A stretch of 64,000 bases of DNA from the IMG/VR virus record IMGVR_UViG_3300035135_002933; one strand, written 5' to 3'. Below are positions 36,741-45,022 of the stretch, in pieces; positions within the stretch are counted from its first letter, which is position 1, and each line of letters begins with the position of its first letter. Made by a program: the position numbers and the translations under genes. This DNA comes from a virus. Under the pieces are notes generated by a model. It saw only the letters and a program-made list of their open reading frames with translations, was not told the origin of the DNA and did no database searches.

Positions 36741-37376
36741 TTACCAGATAGGCACTTCTTCTACTTCTACACCTTCTATAGCGAAAGCTAACGTACCCGA
36801 TTGTTTACAGATTCGCACACGTTGATACAGTGTAAAGTAATTTAGATCTAGTTCGGTGCACAAGCTACGCATATTGTACAGTGCGCCGTTGTAACGATAC
36901 ATAGTATGAGTAACGTTACCTATAACAGTTTCTTTTTCTTTTAATGCTTTTGATGTAGCTTGCTTTAAGCTTGCGCTAATTTTAGGTTTACTAGACTTTC
37001 TAGGTTTAGCTACTCCTTTTTCGTCGCGTCCGTTATCATCTGCCCATCCCAGAATTAAGTCTCCTGTATCGGTGTGCCTTACGACCATATGACCTGGGTC
37101 CTGCCCGTACTTTAAGTAGTAAACAATACGATGCGTATAGAAAAGTCCATGATCATACACAGTTACTAACCATTTAGCTCCAGACTTACTACCTGCGGGT
37201 TTCCCAGCTTTGGCCACACCTCTGTTCACTTTCCACACGAGACCGGAAGGTGAGCTGTCAGATACCTCGAACAGCTCCCTAACCACCGGGGGGATAGGAC
37301 GTGGACTGCCCTGTGCGTTGAGGGCGTAGGGAACATCCGTCAGTGGCAGGCACAGTTGGTAGGTCTGTGAGGGCAT
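36741..37376 (-). CDS. HNH homing-endonuclease-like protein, possibly degenerate
   Basis: SGLVWK...THRIVYYLKYG..PGHMVVRH; shortened HNH loop; C-terminal YNG..LCTELDLNYFTLYQR; AT-rich. Confidence 0.6.
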   Translation of the reverse strand: MPSQTYQLCLPLTDVPYALNAQGSPRPIPPVVRELFEVSDSSPSGLVWKVNRGVAKAGKPAGSKSGAKWLVTVYDHGLFYTHRIVYYLKYGQDPGHMVVRHTDTGDLILGWADDNGRDEKGVAKPRKSSKPKISASLKQATSKALKEKETVIGNVTHTMYRYNGALYNMRSLCTELDLNYFTLYQRVRICKQSGTLAFAIEGVEVEEVPIW

Positions 37377-37472
37377 CGGAGGCTGTCGGAATCTCCTCAA
37401 TATACCCCCTAGTAAATTTCACATATATTAAAAAATCTCTAGCCAGTAATATGTCGCGCTAGATGTACCCCC

Positions 37473-37551
37473 GTCTCACCGCGACGCAAGGCGAGACTCA
37501 GGGTGAGACTCACTGAGACTCACAGCCCTGCAATGAGACTCAAGAGACTCA
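37473..37551. repeat. cluster of GAGACTCA octamers
   Basis: Five direct copies starting 37493, 37505, 37515, 37535, 37544, plus inverted GTCTCA at 37473. Confidence 0.9.
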
Positions 37552-37561
37552 GCCAAGACGC

Positions 37562-37590
37562 TTGACCTTTGCGCCAGGCTGTGCCAGACT
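37562..37590 (+). promoter_or_regulatory. candidate promoter P1
   Basis: TTGACC-17-CAGACT preceded by TG. Confidence 0.45.
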
Positions 37591-37657
37591 GAGCTCACGC
37601 GCGCACATCATGCGCGTTTCCGTCTTGCGTGGCAACCTGCCGACTCGTGCGGCTGGC

Positions 37658-37688
37658 TTGACGCAATCCGCGGAACCCGTGATAGGGT
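37658..37688 (+). promoter_or_regulatory. candidate promoter P2
   Basis: TTGACG-19-TAGGGT with extended TG; same layout as P3. Confidence 0.55.
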
Positions 37689-37693
37689 TGGTT

Positions 37694-37836
37694 CACAACC
37701 GAAGGGCCCCGGGGAGCGCTGCTCCCGCGGACGGCGCTCCGGTTGTGCCTGCACCTGGACAACCGAGCACCTTTGCCCTTACGGGCTGCGGCTTTGCTGC
37801 GCCCGTAGGTATGGGACGCGGCCATCGCGTGATGGC
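37694..37836 (+). ncRNA. candidate structured RNA segment 1 (hairpin, boxA-like motif, hairpins)
   Basis: CACAACCG/CGGTTGTG, TACGGGC/GCCCGTA, GCCATC/GATGGC stems; GCACCTGGACAACCGA at 37751. Confidence 0.45.
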
Positions 37837-37921
37837 GCAACTGAGCCGATGGCAGGCTGTGACGTTGCGGTTTCCCCCGGACCCTTTATGGGAATTCCGG
37901 AACGATCGAACCCCTAGGGGG

Positions 37922-37952
37922 TTGACAGATCGAGCGGCAGGCGTGCTAGGGT
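37922..37952 (+). promoter_or_regulatory. candidate promoter P3
   Basis: TTGACA-19-TAGGGT with extended TG. Confidence 0.6.
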
Positions 37953-37959
37953 CAGGGCA

Positions 37960-38154
37960 TGCCCGGAGCGATCCGGGCAGAACCTAGGAAACCGAATAGG
38001 ACTAGTGGCGCGGGCAGAGCCCGGCCAGCCGGCGCGGCCGATGGTAGGCGTGGTGTGACAGACCACGCCGAAACGTAGGCGATTCGTGTCAGGTGAACCG
38101 TGCGGATGGCACAAGGCAGAGATGCTGCGTGCGTGGATGCTCCCTAGTCCTTTT
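37960..38154 (+). ncRNA. candidate structured RNA segment 2 (about 195 nt)
   Basis: TGCCCGGA-GCGA-TCCGGGCA hairpin; boxA-like 37980-95; GGACTAG/CTAGTCC long-range stem; GGCGTGGT/ACCACGCC; ends in TTTT. Confidence 0.55.
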
Positions 38155-38161
38155 GGTAGTT

Positions 38162-38759
38162 GCGCAGTTGCAATAGGACTGCGCGAACCTTGATAACAGA
38201 ATAGTTGTGAGATTTGCCCTCTTCATGCCAGCTAACTTGCTCTGGTTGTAGGAAGCCCGCGAGGGGCTGCTGTAGGCATTCTGTGCCTACATTGCGGCGG
38301 TTCGACGTCCTATGTTTGCAATGGCAAATCTTCTCTATTCCGCACGCATAGTGCGCATAGCTTCCGCGTATAGGATTACTGCCGGTAAGGTTGCCGGGTG
38401 TGACAGTATCCCTATTCGTATTGCGTAAGACGTGATCTAACGGGCCATGCTCGCCGAATTAAGTAGGCCTTGGCTATACTTTATCGTTCGATAACTGTAG
38501 GGACTTCAGGTGCCCTACTACGACGGCAAGGTATAGCCAAGACGAAGTTAAGCACCCTGTAATCACGTTCTAACTGTGGCCTTTCTCCTGGGTTACTCAT
38601 ACCCGGCAGACGCGCGGCGCCTCCCGCGCGTTAGAAGTTTGCTCAAGGCTTTGCGCCTGGTCTGTATGGGATAGTGCTTCGAGCACTACATTCAGACCCG
38701 CGTACAAACCATCTCCCCCAAACATTCCCCCAGGCGCACTGCGTCCGGGGGTTGTTTGG
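38162..38759 (+). ncRNA. candidate large ornate ncRNA (about 600 nt)
   Basis: More than 10 nested perfect 6-11 bp stems and possible pseudoknots (see findings); no credible ORF. Confidence 0.65.
38185..38200 (+). promoter_or_regulatory. rrn-type boxA-like antitermination motif after a boxB-like hairpin
   Basis: GCGCAGT/ACTGCGC hairpin followed by GAACCTTGATAACAGA; sister copies at 37751 and 37980. Confidence 0.65.
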
Positions 38760-38800
38760 CTGAGGTGCTTTGCATCTCGTGTCCTCAAGCTGTAACCAGC

Positions 38801-39019
38801 ATGCGTTTCAATTCCCGCCGGGCTGATGTCCCTGGCTACCTCGAGTTCCTCTGGGTTGAGAAAGATCTCCCCGAGGGCGTCAACCCCCAGGCCATCGCCC
38901 TCATCACCGACACCGCCGACGGCCGTTTCCACGGCATGTACGGCCTGGTCACTGTGGCCGGCCCCACCGTTTCCGCAGTCAAGGCAGAGCTCTGCCGTCT
39001 GATCGAGGCCGGCCAATGA
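38801..39019 (+). CDS. hypothetical early protein
   Basis: ATG 38801, GC3-biased; ATGA-coupled to the next gene. Confidence 0.55.
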   Translation: MRFNSRRADVPGYLEFLWVEKDLPEGVNPQAIALITDTADGRFHGMYGLVTVAGPTVSAVKAELCRLIEAGQ

Positions 39020-39378
39020 GCTACTCCCACCGCAGTGCCTGGCACGCCTTCCTTGTGACGGAAGGTCACGGCCCCGGCACCCGTCTCAGCAACGACTTGC
39101 TGGACCGCATCCGTCAGGACTGGTATGCCTTCCGCGAACAGGCGGAAGCCATGGGCTTCGATGCCGTAGAGCACCGTGCCACAACCATCGACTCATCCGA
39201 GGGCGATGAGTGGGACTATGCCGCCCATGACTTCATCCTCACCCGGAACCACCATGGTGCCGGCTTCTGGGATGGCGACTGGCACGCCCCCTGGGGCGAC
39301 CGCCTGACTGCGTTAGCCCACACCTTCCCCCAACTTGAGAGCTATCTCGATGACGACGACATCCTCTGCCTCTACTGA
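39016..39378 (+). CDS. conserved phage hypothetical protein
   Basis: HDFILTRNHHGAGFWDGDW motif. Confidence 0.6.
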   Translation: MSYSHRSAWHAFLVTEGHGPGTRLSNDLLDRIRQDWYAFREQAEAMGFDAVEHRATTIDSSEGDEWDYAAHDFILTRNHHGAGFWDGDWHAPWGDRLTALAHTFPQLESYLDDDDILCLY

Positions 39379-39527
39379 CGCCCGCTACGCCAAATCCCTC
39401 GAAGTCTGGCGCCTGCTGTTCGAAGCCGAACAGCTCATCATCGGCGACGCTGACTACAGCGCGGCCGCACCGCACCTGTCCAATGTGCTGGACTTCGTTT
39501 CTACACTCCAAACCCGTCTCGAATCCC

Positions 39528-39686
39528 ATGAGTAAAGAACAACGCCGCGTCGACACGATCAACCGCCTACTTCCCCGCCTATCCGGTGATGCAGCGGAGC
39601 GCCTGCTCCGAGAGCGGCGCACCTTACTGCGGTTGATCCACAACATCCCGCAGCAGATACAGCTGCCCCTTGATTGGCAGCCCTGA
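39528..39686 (+). CDS. hypothetical protein
   Basis: MSKEQRRVDTINRLL... Confidence 0.4.
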   Translation: MSKEQRRVDTINRLLPRLSGDAAERLLRERRTLLRLIHNIPQQIQLPLDWQP

Positions 39687-39765
39687 TGTTCCCCCAGAGC
39701 CCTTCCCTTCTATGGGTGGGCTCTCTGGGCGCATCGCGCCTTCTGTTCTCTAGCTGTGATTCAGC

Positions 39766-40491
39766 ATGCGTAACAAAGCTCCGCGCGGCTTCGTCGTCGA
39801 CCGCGGCATCTCGCCCATCGACGGGCAACCGTATGTCGCCATCGCGACACTCCGCAGCACCAACGCCAAGACCGGCGACATGGTGCAGGTGTTCATCCTG
39901 CGGCCCGACATCGCGCCGCTCGCCGCCATCGTTTCCGGCGATGACCGCACGATCTGCGGCGACTGCCCCCACCGCCGCCGCTGGGACGCCGCACTGCAGC
40001 GCTACGTCCGCAGCTGCTACGTCGACGTCGGCAAGTCCGTCGGCGCAGTCTGGCGCGCTTTCCAGCGGGGTAGCTACCCCGAGTACGACGCTCACACTCA
40101 CGCCCGCTACATCCGCGGCCGTCGCATCCGCTGGGGCGCCTACGGCGATCCTGCGATCCTCCACGAGGCCGTCGTGCGTGACCTCACCGCCGTGGCTGAC
40201 GGCCACACCGGCTACACCCACCAGTGGCGGCACGGCTTCGCCGCGTGGGCACGCGGGTTCTTCCAGGCATCGTGCGACAGCTTCGCCGACTACCTCGCCG
40301 CCTCCGAGAGCGGCTGGCGCACCTTCGCCGTCGTCCCGCAGGGCGCCGCACCGTACGCCGGCAAGCTCTGCCCCGCCACGGCGGAGGGTTCTGAGGCCAC
40401 CTGCCTCACCTGCCGCCTCTGCGACGGTGCCAAGCAAGACGTACACGTCGTCGCCCACGGCATCGGTGCCGCCTACGTGGAGGCCGCCTGA
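39766..40491 (+). CDS. Gp88-like Cys-rich (radical-SAM-related) protein
   Basis: STNAKTG, CGDCPH..CYV, RWGAYGD, GYTHQW, C-terminal CP..TCLTCRLC. Confidence 0.7.
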   Translation: MRNKAPRGFVVDRGISPIDGQPYVAIATLRSTNAKTGDMVQVFILRPDIAPLAAIVSGDDRTICGDCPHRRRWDAALQRYVRSCYVDVGKSVGAVWRAFQRGSYPEYDAHTHARYIRGRRIRWGAYGDPAILHEAVVRDLTAVADGHTGYTHQWRHGFAAWARGFFQASCDSFADYLAASESGWRTFAVVPQGAAPYAGKLCPATAEGSEATCLTCRLCDGAKQDVHVVAHGIGAAYVEAA

Positions 40492-40599
40492 TGACCCGCT
40501 ATCACCTGCTCGGCCTGCTGCTCGGCTTCACCGCCGCGGCAGCGGCCATCACCCACGGCTACCAACACCCCACGAGCACCCTGCCCCCTACGCCCGGCT

Positions 40600-40809
40600 A
40601 TGAACAGCTCCGCCCCTGACCCACGCCCGCTCTCCCCGGCTGACCCACCGCCACTGCCTCCACCGGTGCGCGTCTGGCACTTCCTGTCGGAGTGCCACGA
40701 GCACGAGCACTGGACCGAATGCCCCGACGAAGCGGAGGCCCTCTACTCCGAGTACGGCCTCCGCGGCACCTCGTACGAAGTCATCTGCACCCTGGAGCCC
40801 GCGCACTAA
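40600..40809 (+). CDS. hypothetical protein
   Basis: Short GC3-biased ORF. Confidence 0.4.
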   Translation: MNSSAPDPRPLSPADPPPLPPPVRVWHFLSECHEHEHWTECPDEAEALYSEYGLRGTSYEVICTLEPAH

Positions 40810-40851
40810 CGCGTGATCTTCTGCTACATTCTTTGCGTTCCCCACTCTTTC

Positions 40852-41184
40852 ATGCGTAACACCCGCTCCTACTCCCCCAACGGCGCCATCGGGCGCCGCC
40901 TGTCCACTGCCCACCGCGTGCAGCTGGAGCTCCAGCGCCTCACCGGTGAGCTCACCGCCCACCGCCAATGGATCTGCGAGCGCATGCAGCGCCTCGACCT
41001 CGACCGCATCGAGCACGGCGACCTCGTCGTCACCCGCAAGGTGCGCCACCGCTGGACCTACACCCCCGAGACCGAGGCCGCCATGGAGGCCCTCCGCAAG
41101 GTGCAACTCCGCGAGCAGGCCGAAGGCCTGGCGGTGGACAGCCCCACGGTCTACGTCGCCCTCACCACAAACGTGCAGCACTGA
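40852..41184 (+). CDS. hypothetical protein
   Basis: ATG 40852; coiled-coil followed by VTRKVRHRWTYTPE. Confidence 0.55.
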   Translation: MRNTRSYSPNGAIGRRLSTAHRVQLELQRLTGELTAHRQWICERMQRLDLDRIEHGDLVVTRKVRHRWTYTPETEAAMEALRKVQLREQAEGLAVDSPTVYVALTTNVQH

Positions 41185-41384
41185 TGTACACCACCCTCAC
41201 CCGCGAACAGCTGTACTACACCTTCGCCTCCATGGCCCGCCACGGCGGTGGCTTCTGCGCCGCCCTGGCACAGGCGTGGATGCTTGCCGACCCCACCAAC
41301 AAGCGCCGCATCGAGGACGCATTCCCCCACCTACTCGAGGACTTCGGTCCCGGCTCCCGTTACTACAGCGAGGTCTCCCTCTGA
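41184..41384 (+). CDS. conserved phage hypothetical protein
   Basis: MARHGGGFCAALAQAWMLADPTNKRRIEDAFP. Confidence 0.6.
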   Translation: MYTTLTREQLYYTFASMARHGGGFCAALAQAWMLADPTNKRRIEDAFPHLLEDFGPGSRYYSEVSL

Positions 41385-41644
41385 TGCCCGACCCCACCGT
41401 CTTCCCCACCGTCCACCTGAACGGCACTGGCCGCAAGACCCTCTCCGAGGGCTATCAGTCGGCGTACAGCAAACTCATCGAATTTCGCAATGCTTTCCGC
41501 TCGATTGAGTTTAACGCGAGAGATTACTACGTCCAGAGCAACACTGCTTTCGCAGAAGCTCAAACCGAGCGCGACATCATGGAGCACAAGATCGGAGCCC
41601 TGATGCAGTACCTCGAAGCCCACCTCATCCACCTAGGCGAATGA
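41384..41644 (+). CDS. conserved phage hypothetical protein
   Basis: PTVHLNGT...FNARDYYVQ. Confidence 0.6.
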   Translation: MPDPTVFPTVHLNGTGRKTLSEGYQSAYSKLIEFRNAFRSIEFNARDYYVQSNTAFAEAQTERDIMEHKIGALMQYLEAHLIHLGE

Positions 41645-41848
41645 CTGAGTCCGCTTATTATTGGGCCATCGTTGGTCGCATCCCCTTTGACGACGAGGAC
41701 ACCGTTTATTGCACTGGCATACCTATCACCCAATCGGAAGCCATTGATAACTTTCGCCAGTCAATGGCGGAAGACAATCCCGACGCATACCGCGCGCACG
41801 GCGTGATCATTACGGCCGTCCTGCGCTCCACCAAATGCATCGACCTCC

Positions 41849-42121
41849 ATGACCGACCCCGCCTTCAACCTCGCTCAACTTGAGCGACACCCCAACTGGT
41901 ACGACCATCTCGGTGCCGTCGAGGCCGCTATGGCCGAAGAGGACCGGATCAACCGCCTCCGCTGGCAGGCCGGCTGGACCGCCGACGAAGGCGGCTGGTA
42001 CGCCCCCTGCGGCACCCCCGAGTCCGACTGGGAACTCGAGGGCTACCCCCTCCCGGAGGACCCAGACTTCCCGGAGTGGGCTGCCGCCTTCTACCACTAC
42101 GACGCACTCGACGCCGCGTAG
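41849..42121 (+). CDS. hypothetical acidic protein
   Basis: 90 aa, GC3-biased. Confidence 0.5.
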   Translation: MTDPAFNLAQLERHPNWYDHLGAVEAAMAEEDRINRLRWQAGWTADEGGWYAPCGTPESDWELEGYPLPEDPDFPEWAAAFYHYDALDAA

Positions 42122-42161
42122 CGGCGCGGAGCACATCCCCAACCCCCCTTCACTTCGCATC

Positions 42162-43241
42162 ATGCGCAATCACACTCACGCCACCGTCTCCCAGGCCTAC
42201 GCCTCCAACGGCATCGGCCCCATGGTCTACGGCAAATACCGCGAGCACGGCTACGCCGTGAACCCGCTCACCGCCCAGGTCGGAACCTTCGTCCCCGAGC
42301 GCGCCTCTGCCTCCGAGGCCTTCGAGATCGCCGGCCTCAACTGGACCGCCGAGCGCCGCCCCGTCACCTTCATGGGTGCCGACGGCCCGATCACCTCCCG
42401 CGACCACATCGCCATCGTCCGCAGCGACAACGACGGCCTGCTCGGTATCCACGGCACCGGCTACACCCCGGTGCAGAACACCGCGCTGGTGAACCTCCTG
42501 GACTACCTCCGCGAGGACATCAAGCTCGAAACCGTCCTCTCTATCCGCCAGGGCCGTCGCGTCTACGCCACGGCCTCAATCGACACCGAGGACGAAGTCG
42601 TCCCCGGCGACCGCGTCCGCCGCTACCTGCACCTGTTCAACTCCCACGACGGGAGCAGCGGCTTCGGCGTGTTCTTCAGCGACGTGCGCCTGATCTGCGC
42701 CAACCAGCTGCACTACCTGACCGGCAAGGCCGCTGGCAACGCCGTAGCGAAAGGCACCGGCCTGCGCCGCAAGCACACCAGCAGCGTCACGGCATTCGCC
42801 GAGCAGCTCCCGCAGCTGATCGACATCGAGCGCCGCACCTTCGCCCAGTCCATGAGCGAACTGCGCGACCTCACCGGCATCCAGCTCACCTCCGAGCTTG
42901 CCCGCCGCGTGTTCGAGACCACCTACGCCGACAAGCTGGCCACCCCCATCAAGGACCGCCAGTCCGGTGCCCAGCGCCCCCGCACCATCGCCGACCTCCC
43001 CGAGGTCGACCGCATCCGCGGCCACTTCGGCGGCGACACCGGCCTGGGCATCCGCGAGATCCCCGGCGTGGCTGGCACGCTCTACGGCCTGTTCAACGCC
43101 ATCACCCAGGCCGAGACCCACGACACCGGTCGTGCGAAGGACGAAACCGAGCGCGCCCGAGCCCGCCTGGAGAGCCTCTGGGGCGGCACCGCCGCCAAGC
43201 GCATCGAGCGCGCCCGCGAGGCCTGCCTCGCCCTGGTCTGA
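42162..43241 (+). CDS. DUF932 family protein
   Basis: AFEIAGLNW...YTPVQN...YLHLFNSHDGS...RLICANQL...GTLYGLFNAITQ. Confidence 0.85.
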   Translation: MRNHTHATVSQAYASNGIGPMVYGKYREHGYAVNPLTAQVGTFVPERASASEAFEIAGLNWTAERRPVTFMGADGPITSRDHIAIVRSDNDGLLGIHGTGYTPVQNTALVNLLDYLREDIKLETVLSIRQGRRVYATASIDTEDEVVPGDRVRRYLHLFNSHDGSSGFGVFFSDVRLICANQLHYLTGKAAGNAVAKGTGLRRKHTSSVTAFAEQLPQLIDIERRTFAQSMSELRDLTGIQLTSELARRVFETTYADKLATPIKDRQSGAQRPRTIADLPEVDRIRGHFGGDTGLGIREIPGVAGTLYGLFNAITQAETHDTGRAKDETERARARLESLWGGTAAKRIERAREACLALV

Positions 43242-43328
43242 CCGCCAGACTGAAGAAGCCGGTGTGCTGCGCCCCTCGCCCACACCCCGGCCCCGCACTG
43301 CTCCTCACGGCCCGGCCGTAGCTTCCGC

Positions 43329-43511
43329 ATGGATGCACCTGCGTTTGCGTACTACGACCTGCGCAACGTCATCACCGGCGTTGCGCTCTACCGCACCTAT
43401 GCCACCGCCCACGAGATTCTGCAAGCCAATGCACGACTCAAAGAGTGCGGCATGCCCAGCCGCTACTACCCCACGGACTACCAAGCGCCTCTGTTACACG
43501 ATCCGCGCTGA
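43329..43511 (+). CDS. hypothetical protein
   Basis: 60 aa ORF. Confidence 0.45.
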   Translation: MDAPAFAYYDLRNVITGVALYRTYATAHEILQANARLKECGMPSRYYPTDYQAPLLHDPR

Positions 43512-43676
43512 GGGCGGCTTCTTGGCCGCCTCCCACGCCGTCGACGGCCCTCCTATTGTCACCTGCGCGGATCCCGCGCAAGCCACCCGCTTCGTCGACA
43601 TCACCACCGCCGGCCGCCGCGCTGCTGCCCTGCAGCAACTCGGCTGGCGCGACCTCCGTATCACCGCCATCTACCT

Positions 43677-44072
43677 GTGACCAAACCCCTGCCTGAAAGT
43701 CGCTACCGCGAGCTGCGTGCCCGCGCCGAGGCCCACTACGCCCGCCAGGGCTTCGTCAAGTGGGCCGACCTCGGCTGGGAACTCGGCGTTACCCGCCAGC
43801 GCGTCCTCCAGATGATCCAGACCGCCGTCGAGCGCGGCCACCTCACCGAGGCCGACGTCGAGCGCTACCGCAGCGAATCCTCCCGCCGCGCTGCCTCCCG
43901 CACCAACGAGAAGGCCCGGCGCCAGCTGGACAAGCTCAAGCTGCGCATCGCCCTCACCCCCGAGAACTTCGAGTGGCTCGAGAGCACCATGGGCGGCGCC
44001 GCCTCCGGCACCACCCGCAGCGACCTGATCAACACCGCCATCACCCAGTACCGCAAGCACACCCATGCCTGA
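43677..44072 (+). CDS. putative DNA-binding protein (HTH + RHH-like C-terminus)
   Basis: WADLGWELGVTRQRVLQMI; LRIALTPENFEWL..RSDLINTAI. Confidence 0.55.
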   Translation: MTKPLPESRYRELRARAEAHYARQGFVKWADLGWELGVTRQRVLQMIQTAVERGHLTEADVERYRSESSRRAASRTNEKARRQLDKLKLRIALTPENFEWLESTMGGAASGTTRSDLINTAITQYRKHTHA

Positions 44073-44247
44073 CAACCGCAACAGCTTCTGGAACACCGTG
44101 GCGCGCTATTGCGCCGAGCTCGCCCCTGTCGTGGGGCCGATCGTCGCGGCGGCCGGTGATGTCGCTGCCGCCATTGAACGCGCAGACACCGCGGCGTTGC
44201 CCCCGGCACAGCGACGTGCGCTGCCCGTACGCTCCGAGAGCGACTGA
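44065..44247 (+). CDS. hypothetical protein
   Basis: Coupled short ORF. Confidence 0.45.
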   Translation: MPDNRNSFWNTVARYCAELAPVVGPIVAAAGDVAAAIERADTAALPPAQRRALPVRSESD

Positions 44248-44258
44248 GCTCAAGCCCA

Positions 44259-44510
44259 TTGCGTTCCCACATCGACCCCCTCACGCTCCCTGACGACCGG
44301 TTCCTCGAGCGCGCCCACACCATGTGCGCGAGCAAGGTGCCTCACGTCAACCGCCAGTCCGCCACTGCGCACCTCCGCCGTGGCGGCTATTCCGGCACGC
44401 CTTACGCCTGCCCGCTCTGTGGCAACTGGCACACGACTACGTACAACAAAGCGCAAGCAAAGCAGTTCGCAAGAAGGCTATCGCGCTTGTTACGTAGTAA
44501 CATGCCCTAA
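44259..44510 (+). CDS. hypothetical Zn-binding protein
   Basis: CASK..H..YACPLCGNWHTT. Confidence 0.55.
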   Translation: MRSHIDPLTLPDDRFLERAHTMCASKVPHVNRQSATAHLRRGGYSGTPYACPLCGNWHTTTYNKAQAKQFARRLSRLLRSNMP

Positions 44511-44563
44511 GCTGTGCGACAGCGCACAGTCAAATCACAACAAACAAAAACACTTGTACTATC

Positions 44564-45022
44564 ATGTTCACTGCTGATCAGATCCAAGAAATTAAGCGGT
44601 TAATTAGAACACAGCTACACACAAAGTTCACCGATGATCAAATCCAAGATATTAGAAGTCTAATAAACGAAGAGCTAGACAGAAGAGCTGCGCTACACGA
44701 AGACTCAGTGACAGATGATGATGAAACACCTATACGTGAGTATCACACGCTCAGCGACTTGCGCTGCGCTATACTCGGTAACATAGACTGGTTAAAACTA
44801 AAACTCAGTACTGAAGTATTTCACATAAATGTAGTGCGCCACTATGTACTACAGTTAATCGAACCAACCCCACAAGATCTAAAGATTGATTCAAATGGAC
44901 AGACTAAAATAGAACATCAAATTAACAATGTGCTTAAGCCCAGTAAAACCTGCTGGACTGAAAGTCCCTTTGAATCCGTACCAGGTATGCGAGGCACTTA
45001 CAGATTCAAGCAAACTCCCTAG
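44564..45022 (+). CDS. AT-rich hypothetical protein, C-terminal Mrr-N-like winged helix
   Basis: DLKIDSNGQTKIEHQINNVL...RGTYRF; composition differs from the flanks. Confidence 0.45.
   Translation: MFTADQIQEIKRLIRTQLHTKFTDDQIQDIRSLINEELDRRAALHEDSVTDDDETPIREYHTLSDLRCAILGNIDWLKLKLSTEVFHINVVRHYVLQLIEPTPQDLKIDSNGQTKIEHQINNVLKPSKTCWTESPFESVPGMRGTYRFKQTP

Noticed and set aside
37473-37551. GAGACTCA cluster as a mini-CRISPR array
   Set aside because: Repeats are only 8 bp and spacers 1-12 bp; no cas genes
37562-37987. Track ORFs 37562..37987 (+), 37595..37840 (-) and 38597..39016 (-)
   Set aside because: No codon bias or recognisable motifs; they overlap promoters and RNA stems
37400-38800. tRNA, tmRNA, RNase P or group I intron identity for the structured region
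   Set aside because: No T-loop/CCA cloverleaf, no tmRNA ends, no RNase P GAGGAAAGUCC, no clear P7 pairing or interrupted gene found by eye
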